A stretch of DNA of 64,000 bases from Candidatus Latescibacterota bacterium (GTDB lineage: Bacteria > Latescibacterota > UBA2968 > UBA8231). How positions within the stretch are numbered: the stretch's first letter is position 1; the number at the start of each line of letters is the position of its first letter. Positions 62,963-64,000 of the stretch are shown here, piece by piece. The DNA lies in NCBI GenBank assembly GCA_965203175.1, contig OZ241867.1, positions 4,704,001 through 4,768,000 of the forward strand, written 5' to 3'. The notes under the pieces are model-generated. The model was given only the letters and a program-made list of their open reading frames with translations, had not been told where the DNA came from and made no database searches. Both the position numbers and the translations under genes were made by a program.

Positions 62963-64000
62963 ATGGAGCACAGGGTAGCGCAGGCGTCGTTGTTCAATGA
63001 GAAGGATGCGGCGGATAAGGGATCAGTCTTCAGCGACCCGGCCTTTTCCGGCAACAAGCGCCTTCCCATCCATCGATGGGTGCCGTGGATTGCCGGATAC
63101 TCCCAGCAGTTTGTCCAAGACGCCCTCAAGCGCTATCTGCCAACTCAGGGGACAGTGCTCGATCCTTTCGCTGGAGTAGGAACGACCTTGGTCGAAGCCA
63201 TACTCTCAGGTCATCAGGCCCTAGGATTTGAGATCAATCCTTATGCGGCGCTAGCCTGCCGTACCAAGCTAAATGCCTGCACCCTCGATCCACAGACCGT
63301 GCGGGCAATGCTCACGAGGTTCTGGACGTTCTACGAGTCGGCGGCTGACGACGCTTACACACCACACAGTACCCCGCCCCCAGGTTTTAAAACCCGAGGC
63401 TCATTCTACAGCCCTAAAGTCTTGCACAAAGTCCTCGGCGTGCAGGACTTCATAGCGGAACTAGAAGAGGGCCTGTTGCAAGACCTCTTTCGGGTTGCCT
63501 TTGGGGCCACCATGATCACCTACTCAAACTACTCATACGAGCCGAGTTTGGGCCGCAGGTCTACGGCTGGCAAAGCCGATATTGAAGATTTTCCCGTGGG
63601 CGAGACGATTGCACAGAAGCTCACGGATATGGCCCAAGATATCGAGTGGATGAGAGGACAGTTGAACGGCGAGCATCCTGACAACGAGGTATTTCCCGAA
63701 TCTTTTTTTACCTGCAAGGACCACCTTGCCGCCGATTCAGTAGATGTGCTCATCACTTCACCCCCCTATCTGAACAACTATCACTACAACCGCAATACCC
63801 GGCCTCATCTCTATTGGTTGGGATTTGCAGAGGCTCCCCGCGACCTCAAGCCGCTAGAAGAGCAAAATTTTGGCAAATTCTGGCAAACGGTCCGGGATCA
63901 GGAGTGCGTGGGTCTCAGCTTTGACCTAGATGATTCAGAAATTCAAGGATGCTTGGAGACGCTGCGAAAAAAACATCCGGAAAAAGGCGTGTACGGCGGC
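62963..64000 (+). CDS. Site-specific DNA amino-methyltransferase (N4-cytosine type), runs off right edge
   Basis: Not in the ORF track. Manual translation gives MEHRVAQ...IHRWVPWIAGYS...VLDPFAGVGTT...GFEINP and, in the same frame, VDVLITSPPYLNNY. TTGACT-N17-GACAAT at 62907-62935. Confidence 0.88.
   Translation, partial: MEHRVAQASLFNEKDAADKGSVFSDPAFSGNKRLPIHRWVPWIAGYSQQFVQDALKRYLPTQGTVLDPFAGVGTTLVEAILSGHQALGFEINPYAALACRTKLNACTLDPQTVRAMLTRFWTFYESAADDAYTPHSTPPPGFKTRGSFYSPKVLHKVLGVQDFIAELEEGLLQDLFRVAFGATMITYSNYSYEPSLGRRSTAGKADIEDFPVGETIAQKLTDMAQDIEWMRGQLNGEHPDNEVFPESFFTCKDHLAADSVDVLITSPPYLNNYHYNRNTRPHLYWLGFAEAPRDLKPLEEQNFGKFWQTVRDQECVGLSFDLDDSEIQGCLETLRKKHPEKGVYGG

Noticed and set aside
1-64000. 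tRNA, rRNA, IS or prophage elements
   Set aside because: Intergenic gaps are short and show no cloverleaf, terminal inverted repeats, transposase, integrase or phage genes.

Overview
GC-rich bacterial chromosome segment with no rRNA, tRNA, CRISPR array or IS element that I can support. Gene content (FlgD/'FTPNGDGxND' C-terminal domains, C-terminal 'WGxIK' tails, a DUF6785-type membrane protein, a DUF4838 protein, sulfatase and Gfo/Idh/MocA enzymes) suggests an uncultured FCB-related lineage such as Latescibacterota; this is inference. The main feature is an uncharacterised envelope/secreted-protein system. It has six paralogous signal-peptide proteins with discoidin-like domains and a T9SS type-B-like C-terminal domain, all ending in Tyr, and two paralogous ~900-aa putative outer-membrane proteins with Asp-rich motifs, each next to such a cargo gene. 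A ~28-aa module recurs about 15 times in these proteins and twice inside an unrelated TolB-like propeller. One cargo gene is recently duplicated and has a hypervariable central domain. The rest is a sugar ABC transporter, sugar-acid catabolic enzymes, a two-component system with a direct-repeat box, two membrane/spermidine-synthase-like fusions, and a truncated N4-cytosine DNA methyltransferase at the right edge. Two promoters 9 kb apart share an identical 17-bp spacer.
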